The notes below the pieces were generated by a model. The model worked only from the letters and a program-made list of their open reading frames with translations, searched no databases and was not told the origin of the DNA. DNA of 64,000 nt from an uncultured delta proteobacterium (lineage in GTDB: Bacteria > Myxococcota_A > Polyangia > Palsa-1104): positions 128,001 to 192,000 of the forward strand of contig CAWAWS010000016.1 in assembly GCA_963785725.1 (NCBI GenBank), read 5' to 3'. Positions within the stretch are counted from its first letter, which is position 1; each line of letters begins with the position of its first letter. Shown piece after piece: positions 10,596-19,678 of this stretch. The translations under genes and the position numbers were made by a program.

Positions 10596-11051
10596 ATGAT
10601 GACCAAAGCATGGTTAGGATCGTTCGTAGGCGCGCTCTTGCTGGTGGCCGGCTGTGCCCATCAGCCGCATGGCGAAGCGAGCATCGAAGGTTGGGCGGAC
10701 CACTATCCGCCGGCGTCGCAGCAGCTCGGTCAGTGGGTCCAAGCGCATCCGCCGGCCGCGTCGGTGTTCTTCGAGTGGGACGCGCAGCATCCCGAGCGCG
10801 CGCACGAGTTCGTGACCTGGACGCTCTATCACCCCGATCAGCCAATCGAAGGCTTCGTGGCCACGCACCCCAATTGGGGGCAGTTCGACGACATCGTGCT
10901 GCACCATCGCGCCGCCGCCGACACGTTCATGGCCTGGTGCCGGCGCCATCCGAAGGCGGCCGAGGCGCTCATGAGCCATCCGGGCGGGCTGAGCTGGGCC
11001 GGCCATCACCTCTACGCGAGCTCGTGGCACATGGAGTCGCCCGGTCGCTAA
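10596..11051 (+). CDS. Lipoprotein with W-x3-H-P repeats
   Basis: Lipobox VAGC; RBS AAGGAG; His/Trp rich. Confidence 0.75.
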   Translation: MMTKAWLGSFVGALLLVAGCAHQPHGEASIEGWADHYPPASQQLGQWVQAHPPAASVFFEWDAQHPERAHEFVTWTLYHPDQPIEGFVATHPNWGQFDDIVLHHRAAADTFMAWCRRHPKAAEALMSHPGGLSWAGHHLYASSWHMESPGR

Positions 11052-11055
11052 ACGC

Positions 11056-12903
11056 ATGACGACGTCCCGGCGCATATCGCGAATCGCTTACGTTTTCGCT
11101 TTTGCGATATCGAGTTTCGCGATATGCGCCGCGGCCGCCGACCGGGCCGCGCCGGCCCAACCGCAACCGCCGGCCGCCCCAGCAGCGACGGCGCCGCCGC
11201 TGACGGCGCGCGACCTCGACCGCATGCTGGCGCTCGAGTGGCGCCGGCACGGACTGACCGCCGGTCGCGCCGCCGATGACGCCGAATTCCTGCGCCGCCT
11301 GTCGATCGATCTCACCGGCACCATCCCCGACGCCGACGCCGTGCGCGCGTTCCTCGCCGATCGACGGCCCGACAAGCGCGCCCGCGCCGTCGACATCCTG
11401 CTCGACTCGCCGGCCTACGCGCTGCATTGGGCGACCTATTGGGATCGGCTGCTCATGGGGCGCACGGCGCACGGCAACGTCGTCGATCGCGTGGCTTTCG
11501 GGCGCTGGCTGTACGATCAATTCGCCGACAATCGCCCCTTCGATCAGCTCGTCTTCGAATTGGTGAGCGCGACCGGGCAGAACACGCTCGGCGGAGTGAA
11601 AAGGAGCGCGCTCGGGCCGCTGCAAGCGCCGGAGCCCGATCCCGACGGCAAGGTGCATCCGGCGGTCAACTGGCTCTTGCGCTATCAGCAGAACCCGACC
11701 GATCTGACGGGCAAGCTGTCGAAGCTGTTCCTCGGCGTGCAGATTCAATGCGCGCAGTGCCACAACCACCCGTCGGAGAAGTGGAAGCAGGACGACTTTC
11801 GCAGCTTGGCGGCCTGCTTCGCGCGCACGGGCATGGCGCCGCTCGAGCCGAAAGCGGGCGGCCTCGTGCGCAAGGTCGAGCTGCGCGATCAGCCGGGACC
11901 GAGCTTCGGCGGCGGCAAGATGGCGGCGGCCGATCTGCGGCTCATCGCGCTGGCGCCGCCGCGCGCGCTCGACGGCACCGACTTTACGGCGAGCGAGAAT
12001 CGGCGGCGCGCGCTGGCGAGCTGGATCGTCAAGCCCGACAATCCGTGGTTCGCGCGCGCCATCGTCAACCGCTATTGGGGTCACTTGGTCGGCCGCGGCA
12101 TCGTCGATCCGATCGACGACTTCCGGCACGGCAATCCGCCGGCGGCCCCGGCGCTGCTCGACGCGCTGGCGCGCGACTTCGTCGCCAACAAGTACGACCT
12201 GCGCCGGCTCATTCGGCTCATCTGCGCGACGCGGGCGTACCAGCTGGCGGTGGTGCCCGGCCGGCCGGGCGAATGGGACGAGCGGCTGTTCACGCACCAT
12301 CGCTTGCGGCCGCTGACGGGCGAGGAGCTCTACAACGCGCTGGCGGCGGCGACGAACCTCGAGAACGCGCTGCAGAAAGCCGGACTGCCGAACGTCGACC
12401 AGCTGAAGACGCAGATTCAGAATGCGTTCGACTTTCTCTTCAGCACCGACGAAGAGGCGCCGCCGCCGGCCGAGTTTGCCGGCTCGATTCAGCAGGCGCT
12501 CCTGTTCTTGAACGGCAAGCTCGTCAATCGCGCGTCGGCGGCGGTGCCGGGCATGACGCTCGCCGGCATCCTCGATTTCCCCGCCGATGACGCGCTCAAG
12601 ATCGAGGCGCTCTACTTGCGCACGCTGTCGCGCCTGCCGACGGCCGCCGAGTCGAAGCGCTGGCTCGCCTACGTGCAGGCGCCGCGCGAGATCGTGGGGG
12701 AAACCAAAGAGCAGAAGCGCGCGCTGGCCCAGCTGACGCGCGGGGAAAAAGGCGGCGCCAAAGGGAGCAAGATGAATCCGCTGGGCGCGCTCGACCGGGC
12801 GGCGCGCCGGCTCGATCCGGCCGAGCCGACCGCCAAGCAGCAGGCCTACGAAGATCTGTTTTGGGCGCTCTTGAACTCGAGCGAATTCATATTTCAGCAT
12901 TAG
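11056..12903 (+). CDS. DUF1549/DUF1553 domain protein with CxxCH motif
   Basis: EFLRRLSIDLTGTIP, FLGVQIQCAQCHNHP, NPWFARAIVNRYWGHLVGRGIVDPIDD, WALLNSSEF. Confidence 0.9.
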   Translation: MTTSRRISRIAYVFAFAISSFAICAAAADRAAPAQPQPPAAPAATAPPLTARDLDRMLALEWRRHGLTAGRAADDAEFLRRLSIDLTGTIPDADAVRAFLADRRPDKRARAVDILLDSPAYALHWATYWDRLLMGRTAHGNVVDRVAFGRWLYDQFADNRPFDQLVFELVSATGQNTLGGVKRSALGPLQAPEPDPDGKVHPAVNWLLRYQQNPTDLTGKLSKLFLGVQIQCAQCHNHPSEKWKQDDFRSLAACFARTGMAPLEPKAGGLVRKVELRDQPGPSFGGGKMAAADLRLIALAPPRALDGTDFTASENRRRALASWIVKPDNPWFARAIVNRYWGHLVGRGIVDPIDDFRHGNPPAAPALLDALARDFVANKYDLRRLIRLICATRAYQLAVVPGRPGEWDERLFTHHRLRPLTGEELYNALAAATNLENALQKAGLPNVDQLKTQIQNAFDFLFSTDEEAPPPAEFAGSIQQALLFLNGKLVNRASAAVPGMTLAGILDFPADDALKIEALYLRTLSRLPTAAESKRWLAYVQAPREIVGETKEQKRALAQLTRGEKGGAKGSKMNPLGALDRAARRLDPAEPTAKQQAYEDLFWALLNSSEFIFQH

Positions 12904-12912
12904 GCGGCGAAG

Positions 12913-14163
12913 ATGAAGCGGCGCGATTTCATGGTCGGGATGTCGGGGTTCGCGGGGCTGGCGGCGACGCACGCGCTCTTTCGCAGTCGCCCCGCCGCTG
13001 CGGCCGTCAATCGCCCGGCGCCGCGCGCCAAGGCCTGCATCCTCTTGTGGCTCAACGGCGGGCCGAGCCACCTCGACACGTGGGATCCCAAGCCGGGCAC
13101 GGCGGTCGGCGGCAAGTTCAAGGCGATCGCGACGAAGACGCCGGGGCTGTCGGTGAGCGAGCACTTGCCGCAGGTGGCGGCGATGAGCGATCGCCTCGCG
13201 GTCTTGCGCGGCATGACGTCGAAGGAAGGCAACCACGATCGCGCGCAGCACTTGGTGCACACCGGGTTCACGCCCAATCCGACGGTCGATTATCCGTCGC
13301 TGGGCGGCTGGGTGGCGCATGAGCTGGGCGATCCCAACGCCGAGCTGCCGCTGTTCGTCAGCATCAACGGGCCCAGCTTGTCGGCGGGATTCTTGGGCGT
13401 GCAGTACAACCCGTTCATCATCCAAAACGTCAAGCAGCCGCTGCAGAACACCGATTATCCGCCGGGCGTCGACATGGTGCGGTTCATCAAGCGCAAACAG
13501 GCGCTGGAGTCGCTCGAAGACGATTTTCTGGCGCGCACCGGCGACGTCAAAGTCAAAGGGCGACGCGCCGTGTATGCGCGCGCGATTCGCATGATGTACG
13601 CGCCCAGGCTAAAGGCGTTCGACATCGCCGACGAGTCGGAGCCGACGCTGCGCGCCTACGGCGACAGCGACTTCGGGCGCGGCTGCGTGATGGCGCGGCG
13701 GCTGGTCGAGAGCGGCGTGCGCTTCGTCGAGGTCGTGCTCGACGGCTGGGACACGCACAAAGACAACTTCGGGCGCACCGAGAAGCTGATGGGCGCGCTC
13801 GATCCGGCGCTGGCGACGTTGCTGGCGGAGCTCGAGGCGCGCAAGCTGCTCGATTCGACGCTGGTCATGTGCATGGGCGAGTTCGGCCGCTCGCCCAAGA
13901 TCAACGAGAACGACGGGCGTGACCATCATCCGGCGGCGTGGAGCGCGGTCATGGCCGGCGGCGGCGTGCGCGGCGGCACCGTCGTCGGCGCGACGAGCGA
14001 AGACGGCGACAAGGTCGTCGCGCGCCCCATCGCCGTCGCCGAGCTGATGGCGACGGCGACGACGCTGCTCGGCATGGATCCCGACAAAGAGGTCATGACG
14101 CCGCTCGGTCGGCCGATCGCGCTCACCGACAACGGCAAGCCGATCGCGGAAATCCTCGCGTAG
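12913..14163 (+). CDS. DUF1501 domain protein with Tat signal
   Basis: KRRDFM twin-arginine motif; LWLNGGPSHLDTWDPKP, GWDTH, GEFGRSP, GRDHH. Confidence 0.92.
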   Translation: MKRRDFMVGMSGFAGLAATHALFRSRPAAAAVNRPAPRAKACILLWLNGGPSHLDTWDPKPGTAVGGKFKAIATKTPGLSVSEHLPQVAAMSDRLAVLRGMTSKEGNHDRAQHLVHTGFTPNPTVDYPSLGGWVAHELGDPNAELPLFVSINGPSLSAGFLGVQYNPFIIQNVKQPLQNTDYPPGVDMVRFIKRKQALESLEDDFLARTGDVKVKGRRAVYARAIRMMYAPRLKAFDIADESEPTLRAYGDSDFGRGCVMARRLVESGVRFVEVVLDGWDTHKDNFGRTEKLMGALDPALATLLAELEARKLLDSTLVMCMGEFGRSPKINENDGRDHHPAAWSAVMAGGGVRGGTVVGATSEDGDKVVARPIAVAELMATATTLLGMDPDKEVMTPLGRPIALTDNGKPIAEILA

Positions 14164-14170
14164 CCGGCTG

Positions 14171-14550
14171 TCAATCGCGCGGCGCGCCGAGCCACGTCGT
14201 GAGCGCGGCTTCGGAGGCGGCGCGGTCGACGTGGCCGTGGTCGACGGCCAGGCGACGTAGCCGTCGGGACGCACGAGCAGCGCCGCCAGCGTGTCGTGAC
14301 GCCAGGCGCGCAGCGGCCGAGGGCGTCGTCGCAATGCATGAGCTCGTCGAAGAGCGCGCGCATCGCCGCCACATTGGCGTGCGGCACCATGAGCGCCGAC
14401 TGCGCCTGCGTATGTAAGAGCACGCGCGCGCCGACCGGATGGCGCTCGGCGTGATAGCTGTCGAGCAAGCCCGGCGGCGCCCAGCCGTGCACCGTCGCCG
14501 CCAGCTTCCGCGCGAGGTTGCTGGCGTCGCCGAGGCCGGTGCTGATGTTG
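14171..14550 (-). pseudogene. Remnant of an FAD-dependent aromatic-ring monooxygenase
   Basis: STGLGDASNLARKLA..LLDSYHAERHPVG, then ALLVRPDGYVAW in another frame; N-terminus and middle missing. Confidence 0.8.
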
Positions 14551-14598
14551 CAGCGGGGGTTCGGCGGAGTCGGCGAATAACGGCGAAACGGGCTTCGT

Positions 14599-15681
14599 TC
14601 AGCGCGAAATATATCCGGTTTTGACGAGATATTCGGCGATCAACATCGCGCCCTTGGCGGCGCCCATGCGCGTATTGTGCGACACCAGCATGTACTTCAC
14701 GCCGCCGAGCACCGCGTCCTGGCGCACGCGGCCGACGGTCGTCGTCATGCCGCTCTCGTTGTCGCGATCGAGCCGCGGCTGCGGGCGATAGGGATCGTCC
14801 GACACCGTGATCAGCTGCCGCGGCGTCGACGGCAGATCGAGCGCCACGAAGTCGGCGCCGAACGCGCGCATCGCCGCCTTGACCTCGTCGACGCTGGCCT
14901 CTCGCTTCAACCCGACGAAGACCGACTCGGTGTGACCCTCGAGGACGTTGACGCGCGTGCACGTGCACGAGACCTTGACGTCGGCGTCGCTGATGCCCTC
15001 GCCCACGAAACGACCGAGGATCTTCTTGGTCTCCTTTTCGACCTTCTCTTCTTCCTTGGCGATGTAGGGGATGACGTTGTCGATGACGTCGAGCGCCAGC
15101 ACGCCCGGCGAGCGACCGGCGCCCGACACCGCCTGCATCGACGTCATCACCACTTTTTCGAGCCCGAAGGCGTCGGCGAGCGGCTTGAGCGTGATGGCCA
15201 GGCCCGTGGTCGTGCAGTTCGGCCCCGGCGTCACGAAGCCCTTCCAGTTGCGCCGCTTGCGCTGCACGTCGATGAGCTTGGCGTGGTCGAGGTTCACCGC
15301 CGGCAAGAACACCGGCACGTCCGGCTCGTAGCGAAAGGCGCTGGCCGTGGAGACGACCGGCACCTTCTCGGCGAAGCGCGGCTCGAGCAGCTTGGCGGCG
15401 TCGCTCTCGACGGCCGTGAAGACGAGGTCGATGCCGTCGGCCGTCATCGCCGCCGCGTCTTCGACCGGCATGGCCGCGAAGTCGGGATCGAGCGGCGCCG
15501 ATGCGTACCAGCTGACTTTGCCGCTCGGGTCGCGGATGGCGTCGCCGTATTTCTTGCCCGCCGAACGCTCCGAAGCGCCCAGGCGCACGACCTCGAACCA
15601 AGGGTGCTTCGGCAGCGACGCCAGAAACTGCTGACCGGCAACGCCCGTCGCACCCAGCACAGCCACGCGGATCCGCGACAT
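14599..15681 (-). CDS. asd: Aspartate-semialdehyde dehydrogenase
   Basis: VLGATGVAGQ, PNCTT, QAVSGAG, EGHTE, HNTRMGAA. Confidence 0.95.
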   Translation of the reverse strand: MSRIRVAVLGATGVAGQQFLASLPKHPWFEVVRLGASERSAGKKYGDAIRDPSGKVSWYASAPLDPDFAAMPVEDAAAMTADGIDLVFTAVESDAAKLLEPRFAEKVPVVSTASAFRYEPDVPVFLPAVNLDHAKLIDVQRKRRNWKGFVTPGPNCTTTGLAITLKPLADAFGLEKVVMTSMQAVSGAGRSPGVLALDVIDNVIPYIAKEEEKVEKETKKILGRFVGEGISDADVKVSCTCTRVNVLEGHTESVFVGLKREASVDEVKAAMRAFGADFVALDLPSTPRQLITVSDDPYRPQPRLDRDNESGMTTTVGRVRQDAVLGGVKYMLVSHNTRMGAAKGAMLIAEYLVKTGYISR

Positions 15682-15698
15682 CGAGTCTCCTTCCTTCG

Positions 15699-17396
15699 TT
15701 GAGGCGCGCGACTGTAGCCGAAACGAGCGCGCCCGCCAAACGCGTGCTAGGCCTTATCCGCTTGCGCAGACGAGGAGCTACCCACGCCCAATCGAGCCGA
15801 CTTCAGCTTGGGCTTCGCCGCTGGTTCGGACTGACCGAGTTTCGCCCCGGTCAAGAAGAGGTCGTGTGCGCGGTCCTCGACGGCGAGCGCATCCTCGGCA
15901 TCATGCCCACGGGCGCCGGCAAGTCGCTCTGCTACCAGCTGCCGGCGATGTTGGCGGGCGGCCTCACGCTGGTCGTGTCGCCGCTCATCTCGCTCATGCA
16001 CGATCAGCTGGAGAAGCTGAAAGAGCTGGGCATTCACGCGGTGCGGCTCGACTCGACGATGAGCCACAAAGCGGCGCAGAAGGTCATGGACGAGCTCGGC
16101 GACACCTCGAAGCCGGCGCTCTTGTATCTGACGCCGGAGCGCGTCGTCGACCGCACGTTTCGCGCCGAGCTCAAGCGCCTGCGGCCGGCGGGCGCCGACC
16201 TCTTCGTCGTCGACGAAGCGCACTGTATTTCGCAGTGGGGCCATGACTTTCGGCCGGCCTACCTCGGGCTCGGCGACGCGGCCAAAGACTTGGGCGCGCG
16301 CTCGCTGCTGGCGCTGACGGCGACGGCGCCGCCGCAAGTGCGCGCCGACATCCTCGAGCGGCTCGACATGGCGCAGGCGCGCGTCGTCTCCGTCGGCACG
16401 GTGCGGCCGAACCTGCACTTCGCGGTCGTGCGCGCGCGCTCGGAGGTCGACAAGCGGCGCAAGCTGGCCGAGCTCGTCGGCAAGCTGCCCGGCCCCGGCA
16501 TCGTCTACGTCGCGACGGTCAAGGCCGCCGACGAGTTGGGCGCCTTCTTGCGCGACGCCGGCTTCGACTGCGGCGTCTATCACGGCCGTCTGCCCGCCGC
16601 CGAGCGCAGCCGCGTGCAGGACGCGTTCATGAACGGCAAGCCCAGCGCCAAAGGCGCGCCGCCGCGGCTCATGGTGGCGACGAACGCGTTCGGCCTCGGC
16701 GTCGACAAGACCGACCTGCGTCTCGTCGTGCACTACCACTTTCCCGGCTCGCTCGAGGCCTATTATCAGGAGGCGGGACGCGCCGGCCGCGACGGCAAGT
16801 CGGCGCATTGCGTGCTCTTGTACGCGACGCAGGACAAGCGCATCCAGTCGTTCTTCTTGGGCGGCCGCTATCCCGACGCCGACGCCGTGCGCGCGCTCGT
16901 GCGTACGCTCGCCGGCGGCCGCCACACGCTCGAGGACATCGCCAACGGCGCCAACTTGGGACAGCGAAAAACCCAGGTCATGCTCGCGCACTTATGTGAC
17001 GCCGGCCTGCTCGAAGCCGACGCCAAGGGCTACCAGCTCACCGGCGGCGCGCCCTCCGACGGCGACATCGACAACCTCGTGCACGGCTACGTGCAGCGAC
17101 GCGCCGAAGATCGCCGGCGCCTCGAGGCCGTCGTGCGCTACTGCGAGTCGACGATGTGTCGCGCGCGCATCTTGGCGACCTACTTCGGCGAAGCCGCGCC
17201 GCCGGCGTGCGGCGGCTGCGATCGCTGCCGTCGCGCGTCGAACGCGCGCCCGCTCGTGCGTCACCCCGAGTTCGGCGAAGGCGAGGTCGTCGAGCGCCGC
17301 GGCGACGTCTTGACCGTGTTCTTCCCGCAGCACGGCGACAAGACGCTGCGCGCCGACTTCGTCGAAGCGGTCGCGCGCGCGCCGGAGATCGTTTAG
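15699..17396 (+). CDS. recQ: RecQ-family ATP-dependent DNA helicase (start uncertain)
   Basis: MPTGAGKSLCYQLP, DEAHCISQWGHDFRP, YYQEAGRAGRDG, Zn-binding cysteines. Confidence 0.92.
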   Translation: MRRATVAETSAPAKRVLGLIRLRRRGATHAQSSRLQLGLRRWFGLTEFRPGQEEVVCAVLDGERILGIMPTGAGKSLCYQLPAMLAGGLTLVVSPLISLMHDQLEKLKELGIHAVRLDSTMSHKAAQKVMDELGDTSKPALLYLTPERVVDRTFRAELKRLRPAGADLFVVDEAHCISQWGHDFRPAYLGLGDAAKDLGARSLLALTATAPPQVRADILERLDMAQARVVSVGTVRPNLHFAVVRARSEVDKRRKLAELVGKLPGPGIVYVATVKAADELGAFLRDAGFDCGVYHGRLPAAERSRVQDAFMNGKPSAKGAPPRLMVATNAFGLGVDKTDLRLVVHYHFPGSLEAYYQEAGRAGRDGKSAHCVLLYATQDKRIQSFFLGGRYPDADAVRALVRTLAGGRHTLEDIANGANLGQRKTQVMLAHLCDAGLLEADAKGYQLTGGAPSDGDIDNLVHGYVQRRAEDRRRLEAVVRYCESTMCRARILATYFGEAAPPACGGCDRCRRASNARPLVRHPEFGEGEVVERRGDVLTVFFPQHGDKTLRADFVEAVARAPEIV

Positions 17397-17405
17397 TCTC
17401 CCGGC

Positions 17406-18575
17406 ATGAACGCCGACGTTCTGACGCGCGCGCTGGGTTGGATCGATCAGCAGCAACACCCGATGGAGCAGCTGATCGCGGAGTTGGTGAACATCTCGTC
17501 GCACACGCCCGATCGCGACGGCAACACGCGCGTCGCCACCCACTTCGCCGACGCCGCCCGCGCGCTGACCAAGGGCGGGCTCGACGGCGGCGTCGTCCGG
17601 TCGCCGAGCGGCAAATACGGCGACCACGTCGTCTTCGCCAACGGCGGCGGCAACGCGGTCCTGCTCGTCGGCCACCACGACACCGTCTTCCCGCGAGCGG
17701 CGTTCGACGGCTTCCGCGAAGACGGCACGCTCCTGCGCGGCCCGGGCGTGCTCGACATGAAAGGCGGCCTCGTCGTCGTCGCCTACGCGCTCGGCGCGCT
17801 GGCCCACGCCGGCGTCCTCGATCGCGTCCCCGTGCGCCTCGTCAGCATCTCCGACGAAGAGATCGGCTCGCCCGAAGGCCGCTCGTTGATCTTGGAAGCG
17901 TGCAAGAGCTCGGCGGCCGCGCTCGTCTTCGAGTCCGGCCGCGCCGCCGACCAGATCGTCACGCGACGCAAAGGATTGGGCGGTTTGACCGTCGTCGCCC
18001 ACGGCAAGGCCGGCCACGCCGGCAACGCGCACGCCGACAGCGTCAACGCCATTTGGGCGCTGAGCCGCTTCGTCGACCGCGCGCAGCAGCTGACCAGCTA
18101 CGACCGCGGCGTCACCGTCAACGTCGGCAAGATCTCGGGCGGCATCGGCAAGAACACCGTGCCCGACCGCGCCGAGGCGCTCGTCGACTTCCGCTATGTG
18201 ACGGCGCCCGACGGCGAAGCGCTGCTCGCCGGCCTGCGCGAGGCCGCGCGCGACGCGGCCGCCGGTGTCGCCGGCGCACGCCTCGATCTCGACGGCGGCA
18301 TCACGCGCGCGCCGCTCGAGCGCACCGACGCCTCGGGCGCGCTGCTCGCCGAATACGCCGCCTGCGCGCACGCCGCGGGGCTCGGCACGGCCGAGGCGCC
18401 GCTCATCGGCGGCGGCAGCGACGCCAACACCGTCGCGCAGGCGGGAATCCCGGCGATCGACGGGCTCGGACCGCGCGGCAAGGGCTTCCACACCGTCGAC
18501 GAATTCATCGAGCGCGACACGCTGTTGCCGAAGACGGCCGCGCTCGTGCGCTTCCTCGTCGGCCGACTACACTGA
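17406..18575 (+). CDS. M20 family metallopeptidase (glutamate carboxypeptidase-like)
   Basis: GHHDTV, GPGVLDMKGG, DEEIGS, GGSDAN, GFHTVDE. Confidence 0.9.
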   Translation: MNADVLTRALGWIDQQQHPMEQLIAELVNISSHTPDRDGNTRVATHFADAARALTKGGLDGGVVRSPSGKYGDHVVFANGGGNAVLLVGHHDTVFPRAAFDGFREDGTLLRGPGVLDMKGGLVVVAYALGALAHAGVLDRVPVRLVSISDEEIGSPEGRSLILEACKSSAAALVFESGRAADQIVTRRKGLGGLTVVAHGKAGHAGNAHADSVNAIWALSRFVDRAQQLTSYDRGVTVNVGKISGGIGKNTVPDRAEALVDFRYVTAPDGEALLAGLREAARDAAAGVAGARLDLDGGITRAPLERTDASGALLAEYAACAHAAGLGTAEAPLIGGGSDANTVAQAGIPAIDGLGPRGKGFHTVDEFIERDTLLPKTAALVRFLVGRLH

Positions 18576-18619
18576 AGCAACTACTTTAGTATTCGATACT
18601 GAAGTAGCTGCTTCAGTGT
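18569..18619. terminator. Long AT-rich hairpin between convergent genes
   Basis: ACACTGAAGCAACTACTTTAGTAT-TCG-ATACTGAAGTAGCTGCTTCAGTGT; 24-bp arms with 2 non-Watson-Crick positions. Confidence 0.65.
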
Positions 18620-18623
18620 TGGA

Positions 18624-19547
18624 TCAGCTGCAGCTGACGATGCCGTTGCTGCTGCCGCACGTCGTCAGGCCGATGCTGCTGCAGGTCGTCGACATCCACT
18701 GGCCGCTGACGCAGATCTGCAGCGTCGAGCGATCGGGCGTGCAGACGTCGGACGTGCCGTCGCACTGGCTACCCGGCGCCACGCAGGGCGAGCCCTCGGT
18801 CGTGAGCGTCGGGTCGCACACGTCGTTGAACGCGCCGCAGTCGATCGGCAGCTGGCGGCCGCCGTAGCAGACGAAGCCGGACGCGATGCTGTCGCCGCTC
18901 GAGCAGCCGTTCGCAGTGCAGGCGCCGCCGAGCGGTGGCGTGCAGCCGAGGGTCGCGTCGCACACGCCGTTGGGGATGGCAACGCCGCAGTCGGCCTTGG
19001 ATTCGAGGCTGGTGTCGCTGTCGCAGTTGACGAAGACGTTGCCATCGCAGCGGCTGGCCGCCGTCGGATCGCAGCTCTTGCCGTCGCTGCAGGTGGCCGA
19101 GCTGTTGGCTTCGACGCAATGCATGCCGAACTTCGTGCAGTCGTTCTGCTCGAGGCCGTTGCCGTTGATGCAGCCGATGAGCGTGTCGCCGTCGCAGGAG
19201 TATTCGTTGTGCGCGGCGCAGTAGTCGCTGGCGTGCTGCTGCGTGAAGCAGGCGATGACGCTCGCGCAGTCGTTGGACGCGGTCGCGCAGCCGAGGAGGC
19301 GCGTCAGATCAGCCGCCGAGGCGCCGAGGATGCCGGCGCCGCTGGCGATGCCGACCTCGACCTGCGCGGCACACGACGAGCCGGACGGAAACTGCGGCAC
19401 GCCGACGCACGACATGGCCATGGCGCAGGCCTTGTTGATGGCGACGCGGTCGAGGGTGGGCGTGAGGGTCGGTTTACCGCCGTCGTTGCCGCCACAGCCG
19501 GCGAGGGCAACGGTGGCGATGACGCAATAAGCGAACGTAGTCTTCAT
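18624..19547 (-). CDS. Cysteine-rich lipoprotein
   Basis: MKTTFAYC..LAGC lipobox; repeated CDG-x-C modules. Confidence 0.8.
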   Translation of the reverse strand: MKTTFAYCVIATVALAGCGGNDGGKPTLTPTLDRVAINKACAMAMSCVGVPQFPSGSSCAAQVEVGIASGAGILGASAADLTRLLGCATASNDCASVIACFTQQHASDYCAAHNEYSCDGDTLIGCINGNGLEQNDCTKFGMHCVEANSSATCSDGKSCDPTAASRCDGNVFVNCDSDTSLESKADCGVAIPNGVCDATLGCTPPLGGACTANGCSSGDSIASGFVCYGGRQLPIDCGAFNDVCDPTLTTEGSPCVAPGSQCDGTSDVCTPDRSTLQICVSGQWMSTTCSSIGLTTCGSSNGIVSCS

Positions 19548-19678
19548 GCGCGACCCGAAAAGCAAGCAGCGGGCCAGGCGTAACCTCGCGTGACGCTGGG
19601 ATCGCGCAGGCGGCGTTGTTGGCGAGCGAGCTACAACAGCGGCGAGCGCGTCAGAGCCGTCGGGAAATGTTTGCGGGG

